From contig NC_083283.1 of NCBI RefSeq assembly GCF_963506605.1, positions 60,512,001 to 60,576,000 of the forward strand: 64,000 nt of DNA. Direction: 5' to 3'. Shown piece after piece: positions 1-12,876 of the stretch. The notes below the pieces were generated by a model, which made no database searches, was not told where the DNA came from, and was given only the letters and a program-made list of their open reading frames with translations. Origin of the DNA: Zootoca vivipara (taxonomy: Eukaryota). Made by a program: the position numbers and the translations under genes. Each line of letters opens with the position of its first letter. Position 1 is the stretch's first letter.

Positions 1-619
1 CTAAACTTAAAAGATTCATAGATCTGTTTTGTAACAAATGTCAGTTCATTCCACCCTGAATGAAATCTGATACCCAATGTAAACACAGATGAGTATCTTG
101 CACACCCAATTAATCTTCCCTGCAAGTTCCCACAAAGATGAATCCGACTGGTTTCATTATTACCACAACTCTTCAATGGCACTTATTAATACAGTACTGC
201 ATTAGACTGGATTCAATAGTAATTTTTTGTGCCCTACCCGCTTATGTTGACACCACAAAAAACAGTCTCTTCTGTCACTGCTCAGGGCTGCTCCACACAC
301 AACTAACTTTCCTACATGTATATAATTTCCACGTGGGAACATGCATGAACATTTATGCACTGCCAGATGAAGAATGCACACATCTATTTGCACATGGAGA
401 AAGAAGCTGTAGTTAGCAATAGGTTCCCGCAGTAAAATAAATTTGTGACATTGTCGCTATAGGCATGCATAATTTACATATGATTTTGTTTCAAGCAGGT
501 ACTTGAGAATATACTAAACTTTATGCTGAGGACAGTTTGGAAACCGCAGCTAGACAAGATCTGCAGTGAAAAGTTCTTATCTTGCCTGCACTGAAACAAC
601 TCCAATTCCTCCCAGTGAG

Positions 620-1100
620 CATGACAGGCCAATTTGAAGTGCTGGTCTTAACCTTTCAAGCCCTACATGACTTAAGACCTAGATATTTGATGGATCAATT
701 TCTCATATTCATCCACCACTGAGATCATTATCTGAGACCTTTCTCTAGATGTCCTCAGCATCTAAAGTGACCTTTTTCTGTGGTGGTTGCTCACCTTTCA
801 AATGACCTCTCTAGCAGGCCAGCCTAAAAACATCACTGCTATAATTTATGCACCAGGCAGAAACATTTCCATTTCCCCAGGCTTTTAAGAACTGCTAATG
901 GAAGCATTCTTTAACTTGAACAGTTTGGTTTTACTATCTATTAAATTGATCATTGCAGTTTTAGTTTTGTTTCAATTTGCTGTATTAATGCATAATAATA
1001 ATAATGTTGTTATTATTTTTAAATGGTAGCTTTGTTCCTTACCACTCTTGTTAGCTGCCCTGGGAACATAAATCTAGGTTGAGGGCTTAAGATATAAATT
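620..1100 (+). mobile_element. Old L2 LINE 3' fragment
   Basis: Degenerate match to the L2 ORF2 end ('ggccaatttgaagtgctggtcttaacctttcaagccctacatg', cf. 36900-36921), followed by a 3'UTR-like region and an (AAAC)n end. Confidence 0.6.
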
Positions 1101-3154
1101 ATGTACACAAACAAACAAACAAACAGTGGGTTAGGCCTCCATATTAGTATAGAAAGTGGATAACAGAGTTCAGGTCTACTAGACTGTATAAATGTAGACA
1201 GTTGATTCAGGATAACAACCCTGAATCAACAATATCCGTTATCACCAATTATATAAACAAACTTTGTATATGCTTCAGAATGTGAGAAGCTGTGGATTGC
1301 TGCTATATAATGTAGGAAGAGGTTTGTCTGAGCCCACAACTATGTCTTCATATGGATAGTTCTAAACAAAGAAAAATACATTTTCAATTGTATTTTTGTG
1401 GGGATTTAAGAGAGGTTTCTTATCCATATTTCTGCCACTCATTTATTTTATTTTGGTTCATTTCCTTTTTCCTTAAGCTAAAGAACACCTTTGATTTCAC
1501 AAAGGCACACTTGAAAATGGACATAGTACCACATAATACATAACGAAGTATACTGATCAATACCTTTCAGACCCATTGCTGTTCTCTCCCTAGACTCTCC
1601 CCTATCTTTCCTTATTAAGAAACACCCTAAACTTCTAGAGCAAAGCAATACTGTTCAGCTCATTTGAGAATGAACTTGTGTGCAGGCTTGCCACTGTACA
1701 GGAATAAAAAAGCGCAGTACTGTATGCCTTGACCTCACTCAAGAACACACAGTTACTTGCTGTAAAGCCAAATTGTTCCAGTGAAGCCATTTTGAAGATC
1801 CATACAGTTAAGCTTACTCTTTTTACCCGTTGAAGCAGAAACAGCAGACAAAGAGACTGAGTTCCTGAGATACTATATGTGTGGCAGAGAAATGTTTCCA
1901 TAGAGTTTTGCAGCGAAACAGAATCGCTGCCTTTTATCAGATAAGCACACACTAACAAAGCGTCCAGCATGATTTTTTAAATGGCTAAATCCTGAGGAAA
2001 ATGTGAAGAATGTTTGGCTAGAAACATGCTTTCCCAATGAACACAAAACTTGGCTTGTTAGCTGCAGGACTCAAAGGAGATTGTTCATTGCAGATGCATT
2101 TATTTAAGCAAAAGACAGAAAACAAGTGTTTTGGTACAAGTTTCCTTTAGCCAGACCTCCAGTTTACTAGACTGTGTGGCAGGAAGGTTCGAACCCTCAA
2201 GTATTCAGGTGGTATTATATAAAACACAGCTCTTCTATGTTCGGTTTGAAACTCTTGTTAAGACCTTCTGATTTTTTTCTGGGATGTATTAAACAAGTAA
2301 ATGGACCAGGAAGTCCCACAAGCTTCCACGTTAGGACTTTTGTGGTGAGCAAGATTCTTACACCACAAGTAAACTGTGTTGGTGGCAAGGTGGGAACAAT
2401 GCACAACCATGAGAGCGATGAGTACTATTAACATTGCTGCAAGGATACATCATGCAATTTCCGCTCTAACTTGGTATCTGTGTGGGTGTACGGTGATGCA
2501 AGTTTACATGATGTCAGATTTCCAAGCCTACACATTTCCCCCCCCCCTAGGAAAAAAAAAGCCCCCTTGCTGAATTTTGAGTATGTACACATTATGCTTT
2601 GGAAAAGCAAACTTAAAATAACATTTTTTTAAATGGCTCACAAATGTTATTCAAAGCATCTGCATTTGAAACTGGAAAGTCAGCATTTCTGAAATAACCT
2701 ACTGTACTAAACACCACTCGTTTCAGGCTTGAGCACTGCATTAAGGAAGCTAAGGTGTATCTGACTACTTTTGGACTAAAGATCCACAAAACCGATTTTG
2801 TGCCTCATGTTATGGGCTGAAAATGAGGTAATTTCAGGTGCAGTGTAAGTGGGCTATATTTACAACCAAGCCTCATACAAATATCCTGAGAGGTGTTGGT
2901 CACTGACAATGTTGTTTTGCCTCTCCAAAAAAGCCCCTTTATCATAGCTTCACTGCAAAGCACAGCCTATTCCACCTCTGAAACTGTTTTGAGCTTGTAC
3001 CAATCTGCTTGGCTTCTCTATTTACGGGCGTAAACATGGTCAATATACCGCAGGAGTGTGAGTTCAACGCCATCACTTACAAGTTGTGTGGACAGAACCA
3101 GGAGCAATTATTGAGTTTCCTTGATGGTTAGCATCTGACAGATGCCTCAAGAGC

Positions 3155-4529
3155 TTGTTTGTTTAGTTGTTTAGTCGTGTCCGACTCTTCGTGACCCCAT
3201 GGACCATAGCACGCCAGGCACTCCTGTCTTGCACTGCCTCCCGCAGTTTGGTCAAACTCATGTTCGTAGCTTCGAGAACACTGTCCAACCACCTTGTCCT
3301 CTGACGTCCCCTTCTCCTAGTGCCCTCAATCTTTCCCAACATCAGGGTCTTTTCCAAGGATTCTTCTCTTCTCATGAGGTGGCCAAAGTATTGGAGCCTC
3401 AGCTTCACGATCTGTCCTTCCAGGGAGCACTCAGGGCTGATTTCCTTAAGAATGGATAGGTTTGATCTTCTTGCAGTCCATGGGACTCTCAAGAGTCTCC
3501 TCCAGCACCATAATTCAAAAGCATCAATTCTTCGGCGATCAGCCTTCTTTATGGTTCAGCTCTCACTTCCATACATCACTACTGGGAAAACCATAGCTTT
3601 AACTATACGGACCTTTGTCGGCAAGGTGATGTCTCTGCTTTTTAAGATGCTGTCTAGGTTTGTCATTGCTTTTCTCCCAAGAAGCAGGCGTCTTTTAATT
3701 TCGTGACTGCTGTCACCATCTGCAGTGATCAAGGAGCCCAAGAAGGTAAAATCTCTCACTGCCTCCATTTCTTCCCCTTCTATTTGCCAGGAGGTGATGG
3801 GACCAGTGGCCATGATCTTGGTTTTTTTGATGTTGAGCTTCAGACCATATTTTGCGCTCTCCTCTTTCACCCTCATTAAAAGGTTCTTTAATTCCTCCTC
3901 GCTTTCTGCCATCAAGGTTGTGTCATCTGCATATCTGAGGTTGTTGATATTTCTTCCGGCAATCTTAATTCCGGCTTGGGATTCATCTAGTCCAGCCTTT
4001 CGCATGATGAATTCTGCATATAAGTTAAATAAGCAGGGAGACAATATACAACCTTGTCGTACTCCTTTCCCAATTTTGAACCACTCAGTTGTTCCATATC
4101 CAGTTCTAACTGTAGCTTCTTGTCCCACATAGAGATTTCTCAGGAGACAGATGAGGTGATCAGGCACTCCCATTTCTTTAAGAACTTGCCATAGTTTGCT
4201 GTGGTCGACACAGTCAAAGGCTTTTGCATAGTCAATGAAGCAGAAGTAGACGTTTTTCTGGAACTCTCTAGCTTTCTCCATAAACCAGCGCATGTTTGCT
4301 ATTTGGTCTCTGGTTCCTCTGCCCTTTCGAAATCCAGCTTGCACTTCTGGGAGTTCTCGGTCCACATACTGCCTAAGCCTGCCTCGTAGAATTTTAAGCA
4401 TAACCTTGCTGGCGTGTGAAATGAGCGCAATTGTGCGGTAGTTGGAGCATTCTTTGGCACTGCCCTTCTTTGGAATTGGGATGTAGACTGATCTTCTCCA
4501 ATCCTTTGGCCATTGCTGAGTATTCCAAA
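3155..4529 (-). mobile_element. BovB (RTE clade) LINE, 5'-truncated ~1.37 kb, young copy
   Basis: Minus-strand translation has RT motifs NYRTIALISHASKVMLKIL, FIDYAKAFDCVDH, GVRQGCILSPCLFNLY, NLRYADDTTL and the BovB C-terminus WRAMVHGVTKSRTRL, followed by a short CAA/CTAAA-type tail. ORFs 3556-4608 and 3163-3492 are in the same frame, separated by one TGA where W is expected (GSES*TIKK). The first ~26 aa of ORF 3556-4608 come from flanking DNA. Confidence 0.95.
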
Positions 4530-4930
4530 AGCAGTTGCACCATAGATTTGTATAATGGCACTGAGAGGAGGGCAAAGAGAAGAAATGCCACGGTGCACAA
4601 CCACACACCTTATCTTATTCAATTAAATTGGTGTCAAGAGACCATCTGGCTATATTTCAAATTCAGGCACAGAATGCTCGTTTGTTTCTCCTCAGTGCAG
4701 CAAAGGCAAGAGTGTAGGAGGACTGAATCAGATATGAGTTGCTTTAAACCATAGTTTGTTTTAAGCTATAGTTTAATGCTACATGCACCAGGCTGTTATT
4801 GTTATTACTATTTATTCGATTTCTTCCCTTCCCTTCACCATAAGGTGGGTTACAGTAATTTAAACTCAATATTAAAAAGCAGTTTAACGGGAATGGGGGG
4901 GGGGAAACAACCTGAAAATCTCAGATTGTC

Positions 4931-5178
4931 AAGAAGGAAGAAGAGTTTGGATTTGATATCCCGCTTTATCACTACCCTAAGGAGTCTCAAAGCGGCTAAC
5001 ATTCTCCTTTCCCTTCCTCTCCCACAACAAACACTCTGTGAGGTGAGTGAGGCTGAGAGACTTCAAAGAAGTGTGACTAGCCCAAGGTCACCCAGCAGCT
5101 GCATGTGGAGGAGCGGTGACGCAAACCCGGTTCACCAGATTAGAAGACTACTGCTCTTAACCACTACACCACACTGGG
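4931..5178 (-). mobile_element. Squam3-like tRNA-derived SINE
   Basis: Reverse complement starts CCAGTGTGGTGTAGTGGTTAAGAGC (A-box-like tRNA head), has a CORE-like 'gggtgaccttgggctagtcac', an L2-like 3' end and a (TTC)n tail. It is highly similar to 16809-17010. Confidence 0.85.
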
Positions 5179-6694
5179 GACAGGGTAAAGAGGTGCATCT
5201 TCAGCATATGAGAGAAATTATATGCTGTGACTAGTCGTCTTACGGGCCAGTATTTGGGTAAGCAAGTTGACAAGCTGAGATTAGTGCAAAACAATACTAA
5301 ATGCTTCCAGAGTTTTCCCAGCCACGTAGGAGGAGGAGAAGGGAAGGGGATCAATGAGTTAGAGTATTGCGCTTGTTCCAACTCATGTACACAGTGCTAA
5401 AACCCAGTTTAGTGGTATACACAAACTGGGTCTCACTTTTCCTTCTGTACCACATTCATTATATTTCCACTTGGCCCAAGCTGTGTGTGCAAAACTCCAA
5501 GGTACATTTAGCTCCATGTGAGAAAATGCTCTGAGAATCAACTGGTTCTGATTTTCTTTTTTAAACGTCCCTTTCCTTCTCACAAGCCACTTGCATAGTT
5601 TGCATAGAAAGATAGTTGCAGGCCAATTCAGTGCAGAGAAGATGGGGAAAGCCTGTAGTCAGTTCTAAAGATGCCTTGACATTTCCCCCCTGATAATAGA
5701 ATACTATTCTGGGAACTTGCAACTTCCACATTAGCTTCCTTAACTGCAGGAGTAACCAGCACCACTTCTCTTTATAGATCAGCTATGCAGGGTTAAGGAA
5801 TATTTACAGGAACAGTTTCCTAACTGATTTTAGACACAGTACTTGGCAGCTATCTTACGTTCTTTTAAAGGGTTCTGCTTTAAGGCACTTTTTTTTGCTG
5901 AGGTAGGGTAGGTAAGGAGAGTGCTTCATTATTTCTATTTGAGAGAAACTATCAACAGAGACGGTTTTATGAAATATCCACTATTTTTGTCTGCAGCGTA
6001 AGTTAAGAGACAGCACTTGGCTTTGCCTCATCTGACGCCTATAGCACTTTGCTTTCAAGTTCATAAATAGCAGTGGAGCGCTGGTCTTCAATTGTGTTTT
6101 ACTTGAAAGCACAGCCCATTGATTTTAGTAGAACCTGCCAATTAAGATTACAATCTTAATAGTACAGGTTAGTCTAAAACTGGATTTAAACACCCCATCA
6201 TTGTTTGCTTTAATCCTAGCTGAGGCATTTATGAAATAATCGTGCTGCTGTGAAGAGTCATTACACGTACATTTACAATCTGAAGTAGAGCAGAGCTGTG
6301 TGTTATGTGAACATGTTTAGCCACTAACATTAATAGTTTCTCATGCATTTGCTGGGCAAGATAATTGCTTTTCAACACAAGTGTAATTGTTTTGGCAGAT
6401 TTCTTGCTCATTCCATGTGCGTTTGCTTATTCCCTGGAGACTTATCTCTCTTAATTTTTGGGTTCCCATGAGAATGTTGATATTACAGCTTTTGATGGAT
6501 AAAGTTGACTCCACCTCCGCTTTTGTTTTCAACCATGGATTCCATTAAAAAAATGAAATCACATTATTAAAGAGCTTTAATTATCACTTGGGAAACTTTC
6601 TCTGCTCAGCTAATGCATATTGCAACTGTTTAAAAGTACAATTTCCCCCAATTCAAATGTTGCCATACTGCTCTGCCCTGGGGTGGAAGAGTGG

Positions 6695-6884
6695 GTATTT
6701 ATGCTTACCCTGCCCTTCCCTCCCAAGTCCTTCCCATTTTATCTTCATAAGAACCCAGTGAAATTGGTTAGGCTGAGAGTTGGGTCAGTGGCCTAAGGTT
6801 GTACAGTATGTGTCATGGCTGAATGGGGAGTTAAAACTGGGTCTCCAAGGTCAGTCACTCTAATCACTAAACCATGCTGGCTCT
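6695..6884 (-). mobile_element. Old CORE/Squam3-MIR-like SINE
   Basis: Degenerate 'ggttaggctgagag...cctaaggt...ctctaatcactaaaccatgctggctct', resembling the Squam3 head and core. Confidence 0.55.
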
Positions 6885-9245
6885 AAGGAACAAACACTGT
6901 CACTTGCTCATCCAGGGTCCGTAACACCCTATGACTAGAAAGATGATGGAGTCACACCATTTCTGTCACATATATTCCATCATATGCTAAAGATGCACTT
7001 CTTTACCCTGATATTTGACATATGATATATTTTCACGACACAAGCATGAATCTCACTTGGGCTCAGTCATTCCAGCTCATGGAAGTACTGTAGAAATCTA
7101 GCCTGAGTCTTTCTTCTGCCAATGTAGGTTTCAAATTCATTTTATATACTTTGAGCACCAATGCCCTGGATCACTGGAAGATGTTATAGTCCCTCTACAA
7201 GGAGACAAAGCACGAACAGGGCACAAGCTGTGTCCTTGCCTTTCTGCTGATTTTATAAAAGAGCACTTCCGATTTTGCGCAACACCAACAGTACTTTAGG
7301 CAGCACATCCCTAAGAACCTAAAGTATGACTCAGATAAGAAGTTTTTGTGCATATGTATGAGATTTTTTTCACATATCTAGCCTGCAATGCACTCTGGGA
7401 CATGTCACTATTCTGCCACTAGTCTATTTGAAGGACATGCACAATAACTCAGCTGAAAATGCCAGGGAGAACCTGTTTTAGATGCCCGCCCCTCACTTTG
7501 TAACCACAGCCTCCGCCAATTGTTTTTATGGCATCATCTCTCCCTGCAAAAACCCTCCTCAGAATTTCTGGCTGCAAACCTTGGTTTGATGTTCCCTGCG
7601 TCTTACTCTGGAAATGCAGGGCTAAAAATAAATTGCCACATTAATCTGTGTGCAGCATATTTAATTTCAATGCAGCACAACTCCAAGCCATTTCCCCTTG
7701 AAATATTAATCTTTTACCATACCACACACATCTGAACTTTCCGGCAAAGCTATTATGACATAATTTATTACCCTGAAGCAAGTCAAGATTTGTATGCACT
7801 CTGGCAAGCTCTGGCTGTCAGACTTGAACTGAAGTAATTATTAGGATGTATGAAAGCAGGTGTCACGAGCTGCAAGATGGCTTTATCTTCCTTGTTGTAA
7901 CATCAACAGACTAAAAAGCGATCCATAAAAGAAAATGTGGCGTGGCAGGGCAAGTACTTTAGAGTCCATATGAATAAAATGGAAGTTGAAGATTATGTCT
8001 CTCTCCCCTTTGTATGTAAGAATTTAGCATCACTAAAATGACAAAATTCTGAAAGCATACGTCTCCTTTCCTCTTTTCTTACTAAAAACCCACCCACCAA
8101 CCAATCAACCAATTTTTATTTAGTTTCACAGCCACACATCAAACATTGAACCCTAATTTGCAAATGGATTTTCAAAACAGGCTTGGCTGCAGTGAAAACG
8201 CAGGTGCTTCATTAAAGATTAGTTTGGCCTAATTTATGCTTACACAAAAACTAAGAAGCAAGTTGCAGAATTTGGGACAAAGCGCATTAAATTAGAAACA
8301 TAGCTTTAAAAAACTATGTTTAACATCATCATTATAACCACTTTTATTGCTTATCACAAAAAACAGCAACAGATTCAATCAGCTATGGATATTATTAGCA
8401 TCCCCTCCCATACTTTTAAATGGAGCTATAAACCCCAAAGATGGCCAAAGCCATCTTTCAAATGGTCCTGGGAAGGGATGAAATTTCTGTTTCCCTTACT
8501 TTTTCCTAGCAGGTTTATTTAGTTTTAAAAAGCAAAACTTTTCCTTTTCCATAATGTTCAGCAATTTAGTTCAGCCATTTGAAATACTTTTGCTGCTTTA
8601 AACTGCTCAAAACTCTGAAGCCCTGAGATGTCATATTAACATTTCAAAAGGCACAGCATTAAAGGAGGTATACTTTTTTACAGCAAGCAGGCAGAGTTTT
8701 GTGTAGCACTTATTTGGGAAAGGTCAGGGCAAGATATGACCTACATTCAGTAGGAGAACAAAACTATGGCTCTGAATCTCTTATCTGAGAACGTACTGCC
8801 AGAGGAAAGTCCATTATAGGAATTGTACTGAACGTACACTAAAGTTCAAAATTAAGAAAATGTCATCCAACCAAACTAATTTTGTCAGTTCATTATCACA
8901 GCAGGAAAAGCAGGCAAGTGTTCAAAAGAAAAGTTGTTTTCTTCTCAAACCCCCATAATATGCTTTCATAAAGTTGACAACAACATGTCTCATTTCCAGC
9001 AAATACAGAAATGCTTGTGCTTCCTTGTCAGATATTTTTGCAAGGCACGACTAAAGCAGATTTCACAAGACTCCCAGACAGTGGAAGGGGAAATCTCACA
9101 GATCAGAAAGTGAGGTACTTCAGTGTAATGTACCTAACAAATGTTTCTTCAGACCCTACTTATGGGAGACCTTTATGGTTCTAATATCAAGTTAAATCAA
9201 ATTACTCACCTAATGTGGCTGTGTGAGAGACTATGTACACTTACA

Positions 9246-9332
9246 GTGCAACCTTACTCATTTTTGTTCAGACAAAAAGTCCCATTGTGCTCCACGGGCC
9301 TTACTCCTAGGTAAGTGTCTACAGGATTGCAG
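9246..9332. repeat. Short palindromic MITE-like repeat (tgcaatcctat...aagtcccattg...gggacttact...ggattgca family)
   Basis: Imperfect self-complementarity. Related degenerate copies lie near 28182-28267, 32445-32522, 36480-36550 and 47664-47730. Confidence 0.6.
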
Positions 9333-9357
9333 TCTGAAGCAAGAAAATCTTTCTCCA

Positions 9358-9401
9358 TCTTGATTAGATGTATGCAACTCTTGATTAGATGTATGCAACT
9401 C
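9358..9401. repeat. Perfect 21-bp tandem duplication
   Basis: tcttgattagatgtatgcaac x2 plus tc. Confidence 0.9.
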
Positions 9402-10313
9402 GTTAATCACTCATTAGTCTAGCATTATACCTTTCAACAAGGTGAAATTGAGAGACTTTGGGATTTAGTTTTGTATTCATTGTGGGTGAACAACTTTTCT
9501 GATGCAATCCACAAGACACTGCTAATCATTTCTTTTAAAATGCTGCTGCAAAAGCAACAGGGAGCAGCAGCCATATCTTCAGCATGATGTTATTTTAACA
9601 CTCCTCTCAAGCCTTTCAGGTTTATGATTCTGGGGAATAATCTGACCAGCCGATACCTGTTTATTTTCCTTTGACATTCCTAAAAAGCAAACACAATTGT
9701 AGGAAAAACTGAAGGAGCCTGCTCACATGAAATCATGGAATGAGCAACTGCACCAGAGCTTCAAGGGGGTTTCTACTATGTATTTATACTGTTGCTATGT
9801 TCTCATTGGCCCCAATTCTATGGTTTGGATAAGGTATGAAATAGCTGGAGCCCAGAACAAGTTAAGAAAGGTTGTAACCACAGGCTTTCGTTTCTCAGAT
9901 CAAAAGCTGTGGTCCAAAAATGTGCTGGCTGGTTTCAGGGGCAGCTGCTGGCCAGATTCATACATTTCTAATTTTCTCCTTTCCTACCAGCAGTATTCAG
10001 TGGCTAGATGTATTTTACAGTGTAGGACGTGCAGGCACAAAGACAACAAGAAGTTACAGCCGTATCTGCCTAGCCTGCTTGCTCTCTTTACAGCTCTGAG
10101 CAAGCTTATGTCTGGGCTTTCCCCTGAAACTTCCTTGAAATGCAATGAGACATTTGATACCAGTATTATAGTGTTTTCCAGGTGGTGCCCAAGGCAAGTG
10201 CCACTATTATGGCACCTAAATGATGCCACAGTTTGGGGAACTGGGATGTGCTGTGGGCTTGCATACCTCTTCCTCCCCTTGCAAACTCAAAACCCTTCCT
10301 ATTTGGTACAAAT

Positions 10314-10598
10314 CAGCTTGGATAGCTCAGTTGGTTAGAGTGATAACACCAAGGTTGCAGGTTCGATCCCCAATAAGGGACAGCTGCGTATTCCTGCACT
10401 GCAGGGGGTTGGACTAGATCAAGCATGTCAAACTTGCGGCCCTCCAGATGTTTTGGCCTACAACTCCCATGATCCCTAGCTAGCAGGACCAGTGGTTGGG
10501 GAAGATGGGAATTGTAGTCCAAAACATCTGGAGGGCCGCAAGTTTGACATGCTGGACTAGATGATCCTCAGGGTCCCTTCCAACTCTAGCATTCGATT
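10314..10598 (+). mobile_element. tRNA-derived SINE with CR1-like 3' end, interrupted by a hAT MITE
   Basis: A box 'tagctcagttggttagag' and B box 'ggttcgatccc'. The tail 'ggttggactagatgatcctcagggtcccttccaactcta' is the typical CR1 3' terminus. Confidence 0.8.
10420..10554. mobile_element. Non-autonomous hAT (Charlie-type) MITE
   Basis: Long TIRs (gcatgtcaaacttgcggccctccagatgttttgg / ccaaaacatctggagggccgcaagtttgacatgc) and an 8-bp TSD gactagat at 10412-10419 and 10555-10562. Confidence 0.9.
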
Positions 10599-10715
10599 AA
10601 ACCAGTGGGTTTTTGCATCTGAACTGGGCAAGCAGTATGGAAGCAATCATTTGCCTCCAAATTAACTGAAAACCAAAGTGGATTTTCTCTCTCTCTTTGC
10701 AACTATAGTTTAGGA

Positions 10716-10837
10716 CAGCCTTCTCCAACCTAGTTCCCTCCAGATGTTTTGAACTAACCCCCCGCACAGATGCTGGGTAGGGCTGATCGGAGTTGTAGTC
10801 CAAAACAGTTGGTGGGCACCAGTTTGGGGAAGAGTGG
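10716..10837. mobile_element. Older hAT MITE of a related family
   Basis: cagccttctccaacc...ctccagatgttttgaacta...gagttgtagtccaaaaca...tttggggaagagtg, with imperfect TIRs. Confidence 0.65.
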
Positions 10838-12231
10838 TCTGGCATTATGAAAGAACTAAGTTAGTATGTCTTTCCCAATCTAGTGATTTGCTCAAAGCCT
10901 CCCAAGAAGCAACACTGCTAACCACAATTTTGACTTTCGGTTTTCAACACCCAGCCCCAACGCAGTGCCCTAGCTCTCAATATATAATTGGGTTATGAAA
11001 AATATTTTCTTTTATACAGACAGCATGCAGCACTAGGTTAAAAGATCAGACAGGAAAATGTCTACCCAAAACAACATGGTTTCCAGTTACAGAACAATGA
11101 CAGTTAAATACAGAGATTGAATGTGCAAGGAAGAATGTTTGCATACTTTCTCAGCACCATATTATGAAAACAAAAGGCCAGTTCCTATCCAACCCATGGA
11201 TGTCTTAAATGCAAGTTTCAGATTAAAAGCACACAAATGTTTGAGCTACAGTGCGACAGGTGAGCTTCAAAAAACTCTGGGCAAAATGTCCCACAGATGC
11301 ACAGCTTTATATGGAAGAACAGTGTCTTGAAATTTATTTTTGGGGTATGTGTGTGTGTGGAATATCCAGAAAGAAAGTGGGAGGAAAGAGTCAAGATTTC
11401 TAGACTCCCTAACCCCCTAACCAAGAATCACATGGTTAGAGTGGGAGGAAGTGTCTGCTCTTTGTGCTTACAAAATCTGAAGAGAAGACTCAATACAGGG
11501 AATCTGTGGCCATGATTCAAAATAAGCAATTTACCCATGTGTTAGGGAACTATATGTACAGGCAGAACTTTCTTTGGAAATATTCCCATGAGCACTCCAC
11601 TTCCTATTCCTGAAGAGGCCATTTGTCCTTCCATTTCAAAACTGGCAGGAATTTTTCGGAAACCGGAATTGCTGTTAAGAATACCGTACTTAAAGGGAAG
11701 TGTAGTTCCCTTACCCACATGTAAGCTATTTCTACAGCCATAACATACGTATAACTCATGCACATTCAATAGAAAACTTTGGGTCCATGGGCACAAGTGC
11801 TGTGGGCACTACTGCCCCTAGTAACTTCTCTTCCACTTTCCCAGGTCACACAACCCCACATCAAACAGATAGAAAGAGAAAACACCCACACCTGGCATAT
11901 CTATGCTTTGCTTTACTGTGGGGTCTGGTTAAAATCAGATCCAGTAGAACTAAAATAGTCTAGAATTTACATGATTCTACAGGGTCCCCACAAAACCACC
12001 ATCAAACTAGACTGTACAGTAAAAATTGTGAGAGCCAGTGCTTGCCAATTACAGAAAAGCAATTGTCTAAGGCATGTATAGATCATTCAGATACATTTGG
12101 AAAAGGGAGAGAGGAGATAGAAGGAAATGTCTCTAGGCTTTCATTGTGCTTCTGGTTGCATCATTAGGAATGCAACAGGGTCCTTTTGGGCTGGGAATAA
12201 CTTTTAAAAAAGATATTATTGTTTACTTTGT

Positions 12232-12237
<6 letters not shown>

Positions 12238-12281
<44 letters not shown>
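12238..12281. repeat. (GT)n microsatellite
   Basis: Seen directly. Confidence 0.95.
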
Positions 12282-12285
<4 letters not shown>

Positions 12286-12822
12286 AAGTAGCTGTCTATT
12301 GAAAGTCAGAATGAAGGATTTATCCATCACTACTCATTGGCAGCCTGAACAAATGTGAAATGTAATCAGGAAAAAAAAATGCAGAATTTTGGGGCGGGAT
12401 CTGGATTTTTTGTTGTTCTGTCATGAAGCCAGCAAATGTCACCTTAAAAGGAATAACAAATCCTCCGTATTTAGCTACTGCCGAGATACTACTTTGTCAA
12501 CTACGTTATTTCCAGTAAGTGACTCATAAACCCCTACACGGTTCTATTGACTTATTTAAAGTAGCATCGCTTCCTAAAATACATTTTAAAAAGAAAAGAC
12601 GGACCTACCAGCAATGCTATTCAACTTAAAGTTGAAACAATTGGCATTCCAGGGCTTAACAACATTCCCTAACTTAAAAAAATAAACCAAATCTAGATGT
12701 TCCCTCCAACCTGATTTATTAATTTTTTTAAACACGTAGCCCGAGAGAGAGTTCTACATCACTTGAAGGTTCACACAATTGTGAACACTGTTAGATGGTG
12801 GTGAACGCATTATTTTACTGAC

Positions 12823-12876
12823 CTTGTTGGGCATAAAGTTCACAACTGCTAGATGCAATTCAAACCAAGTAAGATT
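12823..12876 (-). other. Candidate 54-nt symmetric exon (NLTWFELHLAVVNFMPNK)
   Basis: Minus strand reads attttatgttttag|AATCTT...CCCAACAAG|gtcagt. Only the phase-0 frame is open, and the surrounding tract is TE-poor. The peptide is not recognised. Confidence 0.25.

Noticed and set aside
3199-4389. Several plus-strand ORFs (86-135 aa), also 50433-50878
   Set aside because: They are antisense shadows of the BovB RT frame.
9727-10338. 203-aa plus-strand ORF
   Set aside because: No recognisable domain, random-looking composition, and its 3' end runs into a SINE head. Most likely chance.
10320-10380. tRNA gene
   Set aside because: A and B boxes are present, but the anticodon arm is partly deleted and the sequence continues into a CR1-type tail. 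It is a SINE head.
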